From: Tubulanus polymorphus
Lineage: Eukaryota > Animalia > Nemertea
NCBI RefSeq assembly: GCF_964204645.1
Contig: NC_134028.1
Coordinates: forward strand, 18,235,653 to 18,299,652
Direction: 5' to 3'
DNA: 64,000 nucleotides
Shown: positions 52,801-64,000 of the stretch, piece by piece
Numbering within the stretch: position 1 is the first letter of the stretch
Layout of the letters: each line of letters starts with the position of its first letter
Program-made: the position numbers and the translations under genes
Notes under the pieces: generated by a model
What the model was told of the DNA's origin: nothing
Seen by the model: the letters and a program-made list of their open reading frames with translations, nothing else
Databases searched by the model: none

Positions 52801-55800
52801 CTCAGAAACTTGACTTATACACTGGAAAATACGGTAAGGTTATTCGCAAAAATGTGAACGTAAAAATATCAGTTTCGAAAAACCAATTAGAAAGCAATGT
52901 CTCCTCTGATTGGCAAAGCCGCAGAAATCAGCAGGTGTTCAAGTGAACTCACGATATTGTCTACTCTCTAGACTTCTGGGTTTTATTTTAAAATTTAAAA
53001 TTGTATTTTAAGATCGATTTTTAGGGAAAAATTCATCCTATTACTCAAATTGAACTGATGACATGCAAATTAGACATGTGCTCGAATTGCAAGTTTATTG
53101 AAATTTTTATTCTGCGAAATCACATCAAATCCAACTAAATTTGGTTTTTTTGACCAAAGAAAATTATCCAATTCAAATCTATCTGCCCTAGTACACCTTG
53201 GTCTCTTTGTTATTCAATAGGATTTAGACAATTCAACATTATCTATTCAATTGTACAGTAGCTTTTGCGTATCATACACCAAGGTTAATATTTTCCAATG
53301 AATCAATTGGTCATGTCAATGATTCGGTTTTGTATTATGTAAAACGATTTTTTGTTCCAAAAAACTGAAATTTAATGAAACAAAATTAAAATCCTAAATA
53401 CATTTTATGTCATGTTTCAGGTGGAAATGATGGTGGATATTTCATTATTGAAAAGAGTACTGGTATTGTACGCACTGCTAAAATGATTGATCGAGAAGCC
53501 ACCCCTGATTTCAATCTCTGTGTGCGCATCACTAATGAAAGCATGTATTCTGGACCCAAAGACTACAGGCGTCGTCGGGCTATACCATTGAGAGAGAAGC
53601 GCGCTGTCCTGCGTGACCATGCTCTTATTCATCTGTATATACTAATTCTAGATGAGGATGACAATGGACCTCGATATTCACATCTACCAAATAAATCATT
53701 CACTACAGGTACATCCATTTCTGAAAGGATTCCACTAATTCTAATGTATGAGGCCTAAAATAATTGTTATGTACATCCAGTGCTACCACCTAATTTTAAT
53801 AATGCTCGACTGGAGATCAAAACATCATAGTTATTTTCCAAAAATTACATTTGCTTGAAAGTATAGCCATCACCTTTGAAAATATGGTTGTCATTCATGT
53901 GTTGATAATTGCAAAAGCGGAAAACGCCTCTTTATTTTCTTAAAAGCTACAGTACTAAATGTGAGGTTACATTCAAACCATTTCAGGTATTCTGATGACA
54001 GCACCAAATGGAAATCCTATTATCAACGTAAATTCCTATGATCCAGATACAGCCGTTTATAATACTACGTTCTATAGAATTTTGAGTCAAGAATTCTACC
54101 AAAATGACCGTGACCCAATCCAACTTGCCTTATTTACATTTAACATTGAGCCTAAAACAGGATTGTTAACAACTGGTCTACCAAGCTATCAGGATTATGT
54201 AAGGGGTTACTTCGTTGTCACGGTTGAAGCTTATGATTACAAGAACCGTAAAGATCTTGCCCGAGTTGTGGTATGTACGATTTTTAATTGAAATTTGTGT
54301 AGAAAAGAATGTTGCCTATCTGTGAGTTCAACATATCTTTGCAAACATTATTTTCTTGTTAAAGGTGTCTTTATAAATAAACATGCAAATATTTTCCTTG
54401 ATTAAGTAATTATAGTATACAGTGTTGTCTAAATTAAATGGCTCAGATGTTATGTATAGATTTTGGGAAGTTAACCAAGTAAACATTATTTATTGGGCCT
54501 ACGTCCGCATTTAGTCGGTCGGCATACCTTTTCCTCGACCAAATATTGACTGACTGACAGCATCTGCTGACCTTGAGCCATCAGTAATCCACCTAAAACC
54601 CAACCTTCATTGAAATAAATCACCCAGACTGTAATCCAACTTAATTTCGACCTGAATCCAAATAACTCGCAAAACAAGAACGTGTCAATTATTGCAAATG
54701 TCAAATTTATTTTACACAAAAAAATGCATGTTAATCATGTTAAAATGTACAATCTCATAAAAAAAACTAATTCAATAGCCAGTAAAAATATTCGAATAAA
54801 GGAATATTTGCTTAATTGACAGAGAAAACATTGATTTAATGTACACTGTACATTTCTATTTCTGTGTTATATTATTTGTTAAACATACAAACTAAAGTTA
54901 GATTGCATTATACTGTGACACAATCCATCTAAATGGTAATGAAAAACGTATAATCAGTCAAATTCAATACATTTTCCTTTCAAAAATATTTCTTTTATTA
55001 CAGTGCATTAAAAGCTAGAATTAAATATTTTCAATATTGTGAAAAATATTTTTTCATGGTGAAATATTTTCCCTACCTACCTGTACCCTACCAAATTTTG
55101 GACATAGACCATAATCAAATGTAAATTTTTTGCCTTATTCGACATCAAAATAATTCTTTGAAAAAGATAGAATACAATATGAAATAGAACTTTGAACTTA
55201 AGATTTAAACAGATTCTTCATTGCCCTTGCCAAAGAAGCTCCGGTTTTCAAGATAAATAACCACTTTGCTTATGGACAATTTATTATTTTGTTTTAAGAA
55301 AGTTAAAGTATATAGGCCCTATTCGTATTTGTGTATCCTGCATAAGCCTTAAAGTTAAGACACAACAACCATCAGTACTGGGTGTAAATAATGTAAAGCA
55401 TTCCACTGCCTCTCACAGTTTACAGTTTCAAAGCACTTCTGCTATTCTCGTTGATCACCTATATATCTTCTGATTGTTTTTTGAAAGTGACCATTTCCTC
55501 ATCCACCTGCCAATTCTCAACACATTAGTCTTGGACCATATGGATTTAATCATCCTCTAATTCTAGTTTTCCCAAGTGGGCTTAGTGCAGGAACTTAGTC
55601 AGTCATTTTGATTCAATTAAAAAAACACCGTTCCATGTTGATGTAGTTTGGATGCCATCAAGTTAAAATTCTTTAAGAAAGGTAATGGGTGGAAAGTTTT
55701 TTTTGTATATATTCTAGATCTACATACTTAACCAAAGCCAGCAGTTGAAGTTTACTTTTAAAGCTACAAAAGAGAAAGTACGCAGGATCATTGGACTATA

Positions 55801-58800
55801 TACCGCGTAAGTATTACTATTACATCCGTTCTGCTTTCGTGTAACACATACTTTCTATACCCTGCTCTGAGATTAACCACATAATTATATCCATCTATAT
55901 CTACTGAGGTATTTCAACAAAGGTCATCAAATTTTATGACGATATAGAGTAGGGCTGGCAAATTTTGTTGAACATGAAATTAGGTTGCTGTTAAATAAAT
56001 TGTGGCCACCAAAGAGTTGGATTTGAAAACGATGCAAGTGCAATAGTCTACATTTCTAGACAAATTTTCTTACGACTTAGTACACATGAAGGAAATGGGA
56101 TGAGCTACATTCCCATCTACATTCAGGTTGATGTAGTTAAGATTGTTGCCACCAGGGGCCGCATTGAAAAATGACATTAGCGTGATAGACCTTTCATTTC
56201 TCGAGCAAGCTTGGTACATTGGTGGGACATGGTCCTAGGTTCATTTCTATTATTCCCCCGCTCTAACTGTAGTGTCCCAGAATTAAATGCACTGACACTA
56301 AGAATGTAATAGAATATATCTGCTTAAAAATGACAGGTTAGAACGATGATGAAGCCTTCATTTTGTCACCAATTTTTCTGAAATTTGGTACACAGGATTG
56401 ACAGAGTATGAGGTCCATTCCTATTAACCAAATAATATCTACCTAGGTACATTACCCAAATGTTTTGAATTGGGGTAGACAGCTTTACCAGATTGTTACC
56501 TAAGGAATCAGTCTAGTATAGACAAAGCTTATAAGCGATCAGAGGTGTATCGCCTCATCTAGTTTACTTATCCATCAGTGAAATCTAGTTTATTCATTAA
56601 CCTTGCGTTATATTTAAGATATGTTACGTAGCTATAAAGGCGGCAGGCCATCTAGCCCCAAGAGTTCTTATCATTATCATTATTATTATGTTCATAACAG
56701 CCTGACTCCCTCACATAAAATATCCAACACCATATTTACATATAGGACATATCTTATACAAAAATATCTTAACACCTTGGTTGGGACCCCTGACTTTTGA
56801 CGTGGGATCATTATGCGAGAAATGCCTTTTTTTTCTTCTGGACCAGGCTTTCCACAATTTTCTTTGATCTGCCCCTGGGTTTGTATGGAGAGAACTAAAT
56901 TCATCATCATTTTACAGGAAATTATCAGAATTAACAGCATCGCAGATCTCATCTGACGAGCGAAGTATCAGCCCAGCTACGAACGATGAAGCTATTGTTG
57001 ACTTTACACAGACTGATATCTGTTTCCAAATGGTTCGGCAACATAGAATACTTGCCTTTTATGATGCTGAGGAAATATTAAAAGGCAAAAATGATCCGAA
57101 TATAGCAGCACTTAACAGGAAATATAACATGACAAACATAGGGGTATGTATATAGCGGTCAAATGTCATCAGAAAATACAAATGCAAATTTCACATATGT
57201 AGCCTATTTTCATGAGGTGGCCTTGGCATGCATAAGTACCAATTATTTGTATGAGGTGTGGAATCTTTGAATTTTGTGAGGGCCTTCAGTATCACTCAGT
57301 TATAATGTACTTAATTCGACAGCTGATTTGTTTTTTCATACTTAAAGTGCCTTATGAATATTGAAATCAATGGTGGGTAACAATGACTTTTTAGCCCACT
57401 TGGGACTTTAGTCCCAGCGGTCAATGGTTTATGTATATGGCCACCAGGGGGCATTGAATAATACAATATCTTAGTATTTCTATATTATATTTGAACCAAT
57501 GCATGTTTTGTTACCACAATGTGCAAATTGTGCAAAGTCTGGGAAAAATAGCTTTTTCGCAAATCGGATGGATGACCTTGATATGCTAATGAACCGTGTG
57601 CTCAAATTGCTAATTCAATAAAATTCTATTCTGCAAAAAAATATCAAATCCAATTCAATTTTACTTTATTGACCAAGGTTAAGCAGCAAATCCAATTCAA
57701 TTTAGTTTTATTGAGCAAATTTCAGAAAATTCTATTCTATTCCGCATTCAAATCAATAAGACCGAGGGAAAAGATTTATCTGAGGTATTTGTTCCTGCCA
57801 GCTGTGCTACTTATGACCACACGATTTAATTGTGTAAATTATTAGCCTGCGAATAACTAGTCTATGAGCTGGAAGTGTATTAGGACAAATTTAACCCACA
57901 GAATGCACCATTTGCCATTTTTAAAAAAGCTGACAGACTGGCCATAGTGCCGCTTGGGGCTCTTGTTATACACTATTGGTAGCATAACTTGCATATATGT
58001 TTGAGCTTAAAAGTGGGGTAGACATGTTCTTGGATTGAGCCATCAAAATATTTTATTAGAAAATGACGCATGGAAGATGTTTTTCAAAAACTGATTGTAC
58101 TGACCAGGTTTGCAATGATCCATATGATTTTGAAACATTTTAATTTTTGAGTAATTTGGCTGTGGACGCAGCTTTTTATGTTTACGCAAAAATAGAAGAT
58201 TTTATCTAGGGAGAGCTTGTGAGATAATATGTGCAACATTTGTGGCTTTATTTTCAGTTGTGTGCATTGAATCTGAAAACATACACATGGTGGGGTAAAG
58301 TGGCTTTCTGGTGGGTGTTGATTGCTATAGCTGTCCTGTTGATTGTCATTGTTCTGATAATGATACTGGTTGTTTGTTGTTTGTGGGCTCGTTACAAGAT
58401 CTATTTAAAACGTAATGTTACTTGTAAGTATAAGTATTTATGATACACCTCTGTACGGTTTTCATTATTCTGTACTGGTTATCTTTGGTCGCAGCGTTTA
58501 AGTAAACAAATTTTGCTGAATCCAGTGCTATGGCCACCAAAAATTCATCCCTGTGACATATAATCCGTACTCATAGCGCTGAAGGTGTGGATACCCAAAC
58601 AAGCCCCAAAGATGTGACACCATGACAGGGATGACCTAATTGGCTATAAGAACTAATATTTGAGTGGTTTTCCTGTAGATAATATCTTCCAAAGGTTAAG
58701 TCTATGGACAGGTCAAGATATTCTCTCCATGAGGGTGGATAGGTTTCTGAGTACGGCTGAACTGGAAGGGCACCTATATCATAGCCCGATTAGGCAAAAA

Positions 58801-61800
58801 ATATATTCTGCTTTTTAGCCCACTTGGGACTTAAGTCCCAGCGGGCTATTGTGTTCACTTTTTGTCCGTCGTCCGTCCGTCCGTAGACGGAATCCAGTTA
58901 TTTTGGGAAGTTTTGAAGACCCTTCAAGGTAATATCTTGATATTTGGTTCATACAAGTATCTACCCTAGACACATCTTCAGCCCAAAAACTGGCCCTGTC
59001 AGATTCAAGATGGCCGACTTGCAGCCATTGTTGTTCGTCAAAATCAGCACTTTTTACACATTTTCGAAGTTTTCGAGGGAAATTTTAAGACGCTTGGATC
59101 AATTACCTTGATCTTTCGTTTATATTTGAATCTACCAAGAGCCCATCAGCATAACAAAAATTTGGTCGATCTGACTCAAGATGGCCGTCCTATACCCTTT
59201 TTGGTGCCCAAAAATCTCAATTTTGGCCAGAATTCTAGGTCCTGTAGCTTCCTACTGGTTTGCCATTTCTCATTGCAATTTGTGATGGGTATTCTTTGGA
59301 AAGGGATGTTTTATAGCTAAGACAGGTATTTTTGATCAGCCAATTATGACGCAATTGGCGGCCATCTTGGTGTCATCAGTACTCATTCGTAGGTGGAAAA
59401 AAGTTTTTCCACATTAAATTGATACCTAAACATATTGTGTTACTATATTCAATTGGAAAGTTGTAGCCCATAACGTGTTTTTTATGATTTTGGTGAGTTT
59501 TAAGGTCATTGGTTTTTGTATGTGGCCACCAGGGGGCATTGAATAATACAATAACTAAGTATTTCTATATTATATTTGTACCTATGCATATTTTGTTACC
59601 ACAATCAATTGCAAAGTTGTAGCTCATGACATCTTCCATGATTTTGGTGAGTTTTAAGGACATTAGTTATTCTATATGATCACCAGGGGGCGTTGAATAG
59701 TAGAATAACTTAGTATTTCCTTATTAAATTGGTATCAGGGCATATTTTGTTACCATGATCAATTGCAAAGTTGTTGTTCATGACATCGTCCATGATTGTG
59801 GTGAGTTTTTAAGGACATTAGTTATTCCATATAATCACCAGGGGGTGTTGAATAGTAGAATAGCTTAGTATTTCCTTATTAGATTGGTACCTAGGTATAT
59901 TTTGTTACCATGATCAATTGCAAAGTTGTATTTCATTACATGTACTACGATTGTGGTGAGTTTTAAGGTCATTGGGTTTTGCATATGGTCACCAGGGGGC
60001 GTTGAATAGTAGAATAACTTAGTATTTCCATATTAAATTGGTAACAAGGCTTATTGTGTTATCACAATCAATTACAAAATCATAGCTGCTGACATGTTCT
60101 ATGATTGTGGTGGGTTTCTAGGTCATGGTCACTAGGGGGCGTTATGTATTGAAATTGTTAGGGTGGGCATGGTGTCACTGGACCCCTAGTTTTTTTCCTC
60201 AACCCACTGAGCGCCATGCAGGGCATTATTAGCGGCTATATACTGTTTCTGGTCACCATGCGTGTCGATCTAGGACCCTCGCGTCGAATTTTTCGCATCT
60301 AGTCGCCGGTGTCAGGGAAGTTTAATCCATCTATTTATTGCTATTGTCTGACTGTGAATGAATACTGGTTTTAAAGGGCATATGCCATCAAAATTGTACT
60401 TTCCGTGATTTCTTAACCAGAAGAATCTTAAGCATTCATAAAACGACCTGAGATGTAACTTATTGAAAAAAGGAGCATGAATTAGCCGTAATAGTTAGCG
60501 GGATAGTCATCTATTTATCCTTCATTCCGTGCGTGTAGTTCATATTCAACCCACAGGTGGCGCTTTTTATGATGTTTACTATGACAATCAACACAAGCAC
60601 GTGTGCGCGCTAGCGCTATTTATGATGTTTACTATGACAATCAACATAAGCATGTGTAGCCTATGTATAATCGATAAAATAAACATCATTTGTTCACGGT
60701 AATCACTGACCTACAGCACTATACAATGGTAATAGTTTATTAATTCAAGTCACTCCCAAAATGATAAAATATCGCATGAAATGTCTAGTGAAATGACTGG
60801 AAGCCGCGAGCCATTGAGATGACGTCAGAAACACGCGCCTGCTAAGATAAACAATAACAGTGAGCATGTGCTGAAATTGCTGATTTAAAAATCATATTTC
60901 TCAGTGATGGCTGAACTAAAATTTAAATCATTTCCATATTTGATATTTGTGAATACATCACATTTGAAAATGAATTTTACAAAATATTCTTTTGATGGCA
61001 TATGCTCTTTAAAAACACAAAAGCATGTTGATATTGTTATCAAGTGTGAAAGGTCCGGCTACTATACGTCCATTCAGATTTGTTGTGTACGCATTTTCAG
61101 AAAACCCCTCACTCCCCTTTTTAGCATACACAATAAATTGATGATGCCTAGTCAAATTTAGGAACATTTAAAAAAAACCGTATCACGACATAATTTTGTG
61201 CAGAAGGCCCTGACCGGAAACAGAAAATTTTTTGGGCTTATATGAGGGGGTTCTGTACTCCCCCAGAAAATTTTGAATTTTAAGACCCTAAGATGCAATC
61301 TTTAAGGACATTTGGGGCATCAAATCTATCCTTATTTACCCACAAACTATGGAAAGAAACTATACTCATGAAAGCAATGGAAGTTAATACTTTCGATTGT
61401 TCGAATTGACCATTTTAATTATTACTTCCAGAATACTTGCCCGGCATAAAACATATGTCATTACAAGTCAATATGGTGAAAAATAAAATAACACTTCTAC
61501 AAACCTGAGTACCCCTCGATACTAATGGTAGGCTGGATCTGCCTCTGACCACTTATTGATAAAGAAAGCAGAACTAATGATCTCTAATTGTCAGCTTATT
61601 GCATTTCAATCCGAAGAAATACTGTTTTTCAATCAGAGTAAATACTTTGTCAATTTTCTGGGTTTTCATCTCTCGGCAGGAGAGCAGGGATTCTTTGGTC
61701 AAATCCTTTATTTTGGTCCATTTTTAATGAGGAAAACACAGAATCAGTGACTTGAAGGATACTTTGTTCCAAATCGTGCTAAAGAAATATGAAAAAAGTT

Positions 61801-63840
61801 TTCTGAATTTGGTAACTTTGATACTGTGAATGCTGTAAACACTATAAACAAAACTTGCTGAAGTTACTGGTTTGATGTCTTACTCTTATCTCAAGTGCTT
61901 TACCAATAAATTCAAGGTGCCTCCGAATAAAATACTGTTGTACCGCTTTTATTATTATTTTATTATTATAGTCATTTCATCATCAAAATTAAATTTTGTA
62001 TAATATTTTACATAATATTTACGAAAAAGCCATCTTCACCCGTCAAGGGATTCGAACCCACTACGCTAAAGCTGTTCCCCGAACCCCTTGATCTCACGAG
62101 TCGTTGGAGTCGTTACTAGCCGACCAGAATCCAGTCGTACCAATCACAGCGCTTGTAACAAACCGACAGTAGACTTCTGTTGGTTTTCCCGTTAAATGGA
62201 CCAATCTGCGAACGTTTTACCGAAGAAGGAAGTATTTCGCAAATCGATATATGACGTCATGCGCAACAGCGCTAATGAAATCACGCTTCGTGAGGCCAGG
62301 GGGCTGGTGGAAGCGAGTTCGGGAGTGATACTGGACCCCTGGCAAGCGAGGATGCGAAAAAGCCAGCATTGATGACAGGTGCCTGGATGTCCCATGTGGA
62401 TGTACAGCCTTTATGGCTTTGTCCAGGTTCCTGTTATCTTCAAAACAGCATGATACCACCCCCCCCCCCTCTGTGAAATAACGTTTTTCATGACGTATAA
62501 GCATAATGGATCTTTCAATTATTGGTTCAACATAGTATGAAGTCTTTGGTCTATATCCGATTCCATCCCAAATCTACCCTTAGTTATCCCTCTCCATCAC
62601 GCTTTGCTTTGCTTTGAGCAATAGTGGTGCACTTAACCCTTTCAATACCACATAGTGTCTCCGCTGCTGTACCGGAGGGAATTTAGGGGTTTATAGGGGT
62701 ATATTTTGATGCTAGGGGTATATTTGAGGCTTCATACACAGAAAAATTATATAGCATGTTGTTGATAACTTTTGGGCCAACAATGTAGACATCAATAATT
62801 TGGATATAAGCAAACTTGAGGTAAAGGTCACATACTCAAAGATGGCCGCCATGAAAAAAATTCAAGAAAAAGTTTCAGATAAACTGCTCTGTCTCCCAGG
62901 AAAATGAACTGATCTATTCAATTTCAACTGTATGTCAAAGCAATAGAACAACAATTAATCTATTTTTCCACTCATTTACCCACTTTTCCACCGACATATC
63001 TGAAGGCCGGATGTAAGTGGTTTCATTGGGGTATAATTTCAGGCCTCAGAAAATTGTTACCTATGTATTTGACACTGATATACTATATACCATGGTGTTG
63101 ATAACCTTTGGGCTTACAAATAAGGCACATAATTTGGATATATGTGACCTTGAGGTAGACAGTTTCTGGTTCTTCATTATTGTTATTGGTGTCCGTTGCC
63201 ATGACAACTGGATCAGGGTCTAAAAAAATTGTCACTGATTGTTTTTTCCTGGCTGCTACCATCTTGGATTCTATGCAGATGGCAGCACCGGCTGATACTG
63301 ATAGGTGATAGATATGCCCTTCTAGAAGAAGGGTTAGGCGATACTATATCACATACAGTACGGGTATGCTAGCTTGCCAATTTGTACCGTATGCCATACG
63401 GTAGTGGTATAAGGGTTAACACCTTGATTTGACAAAGCATTTGTTTTGTGAAATTTAGAATGTGGACATAAATAATGACTAGATGACATTATCATTTAAG
63501 CAGGCAAGCAATATTATTAATTATGTGCTATTGAATTGTTTGATGCTGGGGCACAATTAACTTCCCTTTTAATTAATTTGATAAATTGGAGATAATGCGC
63601 CAGGGATTTGGCTTGATTGAGATAACAAGAATATTTCTGAAAGGTGTTGATGTTTCTAGCCCCAAAATGCATGTTTGAAAGTAACTTTCCTGTACAATGG
63701 TTCCCAGTAAGACATCTAGCTTCATTGTATGTGAATGATAGTATTCTTATTGTAGATATTGTACCACCTGAAGATTTGACACGTATAACTAAAACTGCTT
63801 CTCCGGTTGCCAGATCTGAGGATGTTCATCTACATGTCAA
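16867..63840 (+). CDS. Host cadherin-23/Cad88C-like non-classical cadherin (partial). Exons: 16867-17106, 17411-17580, 19611-19760, 33775-33903, 34896-35076, 48371-48597, 50075-50251, 50359-50475, 50888-51008, 53421-53708, 53987-54270, 55718-55806, 56918-57143, 58258-58423 (TM), 63756-63840
   Basis: All exons have AG/GT ends and compatible phases, giving one open frame. Cadherin motifs VDYE, DLNDNNPQF, ANDLD, LDFE, DFNDVTPHF, LDRE, DEDDNGP. GYFVVTVEAYD...IYILNQSQQLKFTF resembles the last-EC/MAD junction of CDH23. TM FWWVLIAIAVLLIVIVLIMILVVCCLW. Confidence 0.9.
20265..28297 (-). mobile_element. Gypsy (Mag-like) LTR retrotransposon, full-length but frameshifted
   Basis: 142-bp LTRs at 20265-20406 and 28156-28297 (4 differences); tRNA-Leu PBS TGGTGGCAGCGGTGGGATCCG; PPT; near-TSD TAAGG/TAAAG; gag with CCHC, protease VDTGA, RT ADDI, RNase H DASEYG, integrase. 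Confidence 0.95.
22466..25991 (+). mobile_element. DIRS1-like tyrosine-recombinase retrotransposon, copy 1 (gag deleted), nested in the Gypsy pol
   Basis: Inverted terminal repeats, internal complementary region at 25674-25773, RT YLDD, RNase H FTDAS/ADALSR, MT-like DLFA...YAFPP, YR RRSEIHAL/HQVRSMATS/FYLRD; no TSD. Confidence 0.95.
28631..29289. mobile_element. Tc1/mariner (pogo-like) MITE
   Basis: TA|CCGTATTTTCCGGTGTA...TACACCGGAAAATACGG|TA; partial inverted copy near 52620-52835. Confidence 0.8.
29543..30480 (+). mobile_element. Probable Helentron-associated (HINE/DINE-like) element; 3' boundary approximate
   Basis: T-run, short IR ATGGGTT...AACCCAT, then (TGTC)n microsatellite. Confidence 0.4.
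31056..33035. mobile_element. Non-autonomous CMC/EnSpm-like DNA transposon
   Basis: TIR CCCTTACAAAAAA...TTTTTTGTAAGGG, 2-bp TSD AC, dense subterminal CACATGTG repeats at both ends. Confidence 0.8.
34168..34246. repeat. 34-bp-arm palindrome (1 mismatch)
   Basis: AAGAACTGGCCACCAGTCAACCATCGTGTAGGGT / ACCCTACACGATTGTTGACTGGTGGCCAGTTCTT. Confidence 0.85.
34610..34646 (-). ncRNA. Degenerate minimal type I hammerhead ribozyme (Penelope pLTR-like remnant)
   Basis: Minus strand CAC-CTGATGA-GGGGATGTAATCCC-GAAA-ACATTT-GTG followed by AATAAA. Confidence 0.45.
36158..36749. mobile_element. Tc1/mariner (pogo-like) MITE nested in BEL
   Basis: TA|CCGTAAAAACCGGC...GCCGGTTTTTACGG|TA. Confidence 0.8.
37060..37460 (+). 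repeat. Interspersed HINE-like 3' fragment; related copies at ~57540-57967 and ~53040-53210
   Basis: Shared CTTGATATGCTAAT...AAATCCAATTCAATT...GGCCATAGTGCC..TTGGGGCTCTTGTT. Confidence 0.6.
38829..41760 (+). mobile_element. DIRS1-like retrotransposon, copy 2 (same family; 5'/gag region kept, most of RT/RH deleted), nested in BEL
   Basis: ITRs, ICR (~41447-41550) and YR remnants are clearly homologous to 22466-25991; removing it restores the BEL frame GSKNK-I-VSKAK. Confidence 0.92.
42216..42637 (+). mobile_element. HINE/DINE-like element
   Basis: subTIR TGTCCCCTGC / GCAGGGGACA, (GTCC)n microsatellite, AAGGTCAAGGTCA core, 3' hairpin before a T-run. Confidence 0.7.
43710..43957 (+). mobile_element. 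3' end of an L2/CR1-type LINE
   Basis: Translates to FGGRSFTVVAASLWNNIDDHLRSIHNVNQFKRSLKRLLF; ends in a (TTA)n tail. Confidence 0.75.
44097..44592. mobile_element. piggyBac-like MITE
   Basis: TTAA|CCCTTTTAAGTTCA...TGAACTTAAAAGGG|TTAA. Confidence 0.8.
45425..45625 (+). mobile_element. tRNA-derived SINE
   Basis: Box A TAGCTCAGTG, box B-like GGTTTGAGTCC, (ACAA)n tail. Confidence 0.6.
58812..60195 (+). mobile_element. HINE/DINE-like element with a ~154-bp internal tandem repeat; deleted copy at 57389-57520
   Basis: TTTTTAGCCCACTTGGGAC...GTCCCAGCGGGCTA 5' IR, (GTCC)n, 4-5 core repeats at 59420-60145, 3' GTGGGC subTIR and T-run. Confidence 0.75.
60375..61008. mobile_element. Kolobok-like MITE
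   Basis: TTAA|AGGGCATATGCCATCAAAA...TTTTGATGGCATATGCTCT|TTAA. Confidence 0.8.
62637..63415. mobile_element. piggyBac-like MITE
   Basis: TTAA|CCCTTTCAATACCAC...GTGGTATAAGGG|TTAA. Confidence 0.65.
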
Positions 63841-64000
63841 GTAAGCTAAACTTTATGATAAACTATGCATAAGTTGGATGTATTAGGAAGGGAAGATTTT
63901 GTCCAACTTCCATAGGATTTATAAGATTATCTGTAGTATGAATCCAAGACAATTAAGAAGTAGCATTTAACAGTCAAACTTAATTGTTATGAATTGTTGG

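Noticed and set aside
59420-60145. Regularly spaced repeats as a CRISPR array
   Set aside because: The 'spacers' are homologous to each other (tandem monomers), the context is eukaryotic and there are no cas genes

Overview
AT-rich, intron-rich animal (probably bilaterian invertebrate) genomic DNA. A large cadherin-23/Cad88C-like gene is spliced across the + strand: 15 exons traced from 16867 to 63840, with cadherin repeats, a membrane-adjacent domain, a TM helix and the start of the tail. Its introns are packed with nested mobile elements. Bases 1-11674 are the right-hand part of an endogenous Polinton/Maverick-like virus: minor and major capsid, several membrane proteins, a C2H2-ZnF protein, packaging ATPase, integrase-chromodomain and an HNH nuclease, several of them broken by stops. 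It ends in a 410-bp terminal palindrome. Most striking: 11 of 13 gene starts in this virus are TAAATG, and the structural genes carry a T-run, a 6-7 nt spacer and TAAATG. This is the architecture of poxvirus late promoters and suggests a virophage-like dependence on a pox-like cytoplasmic helper virus. The virus sits inside a THAP-domain Kolobok-like transposon, which also holds a truncated BEL/Pao element. Further on are a Gypsy (Mag-like) element and a decayed BEL element, each interrupted by a DIRS retrotransposon of one family, plus many MITEs, Helentron-associated (HINE-like) elements, and SINE and LINE fragments. All calls come from reading motifs by eye; no database searches were run.
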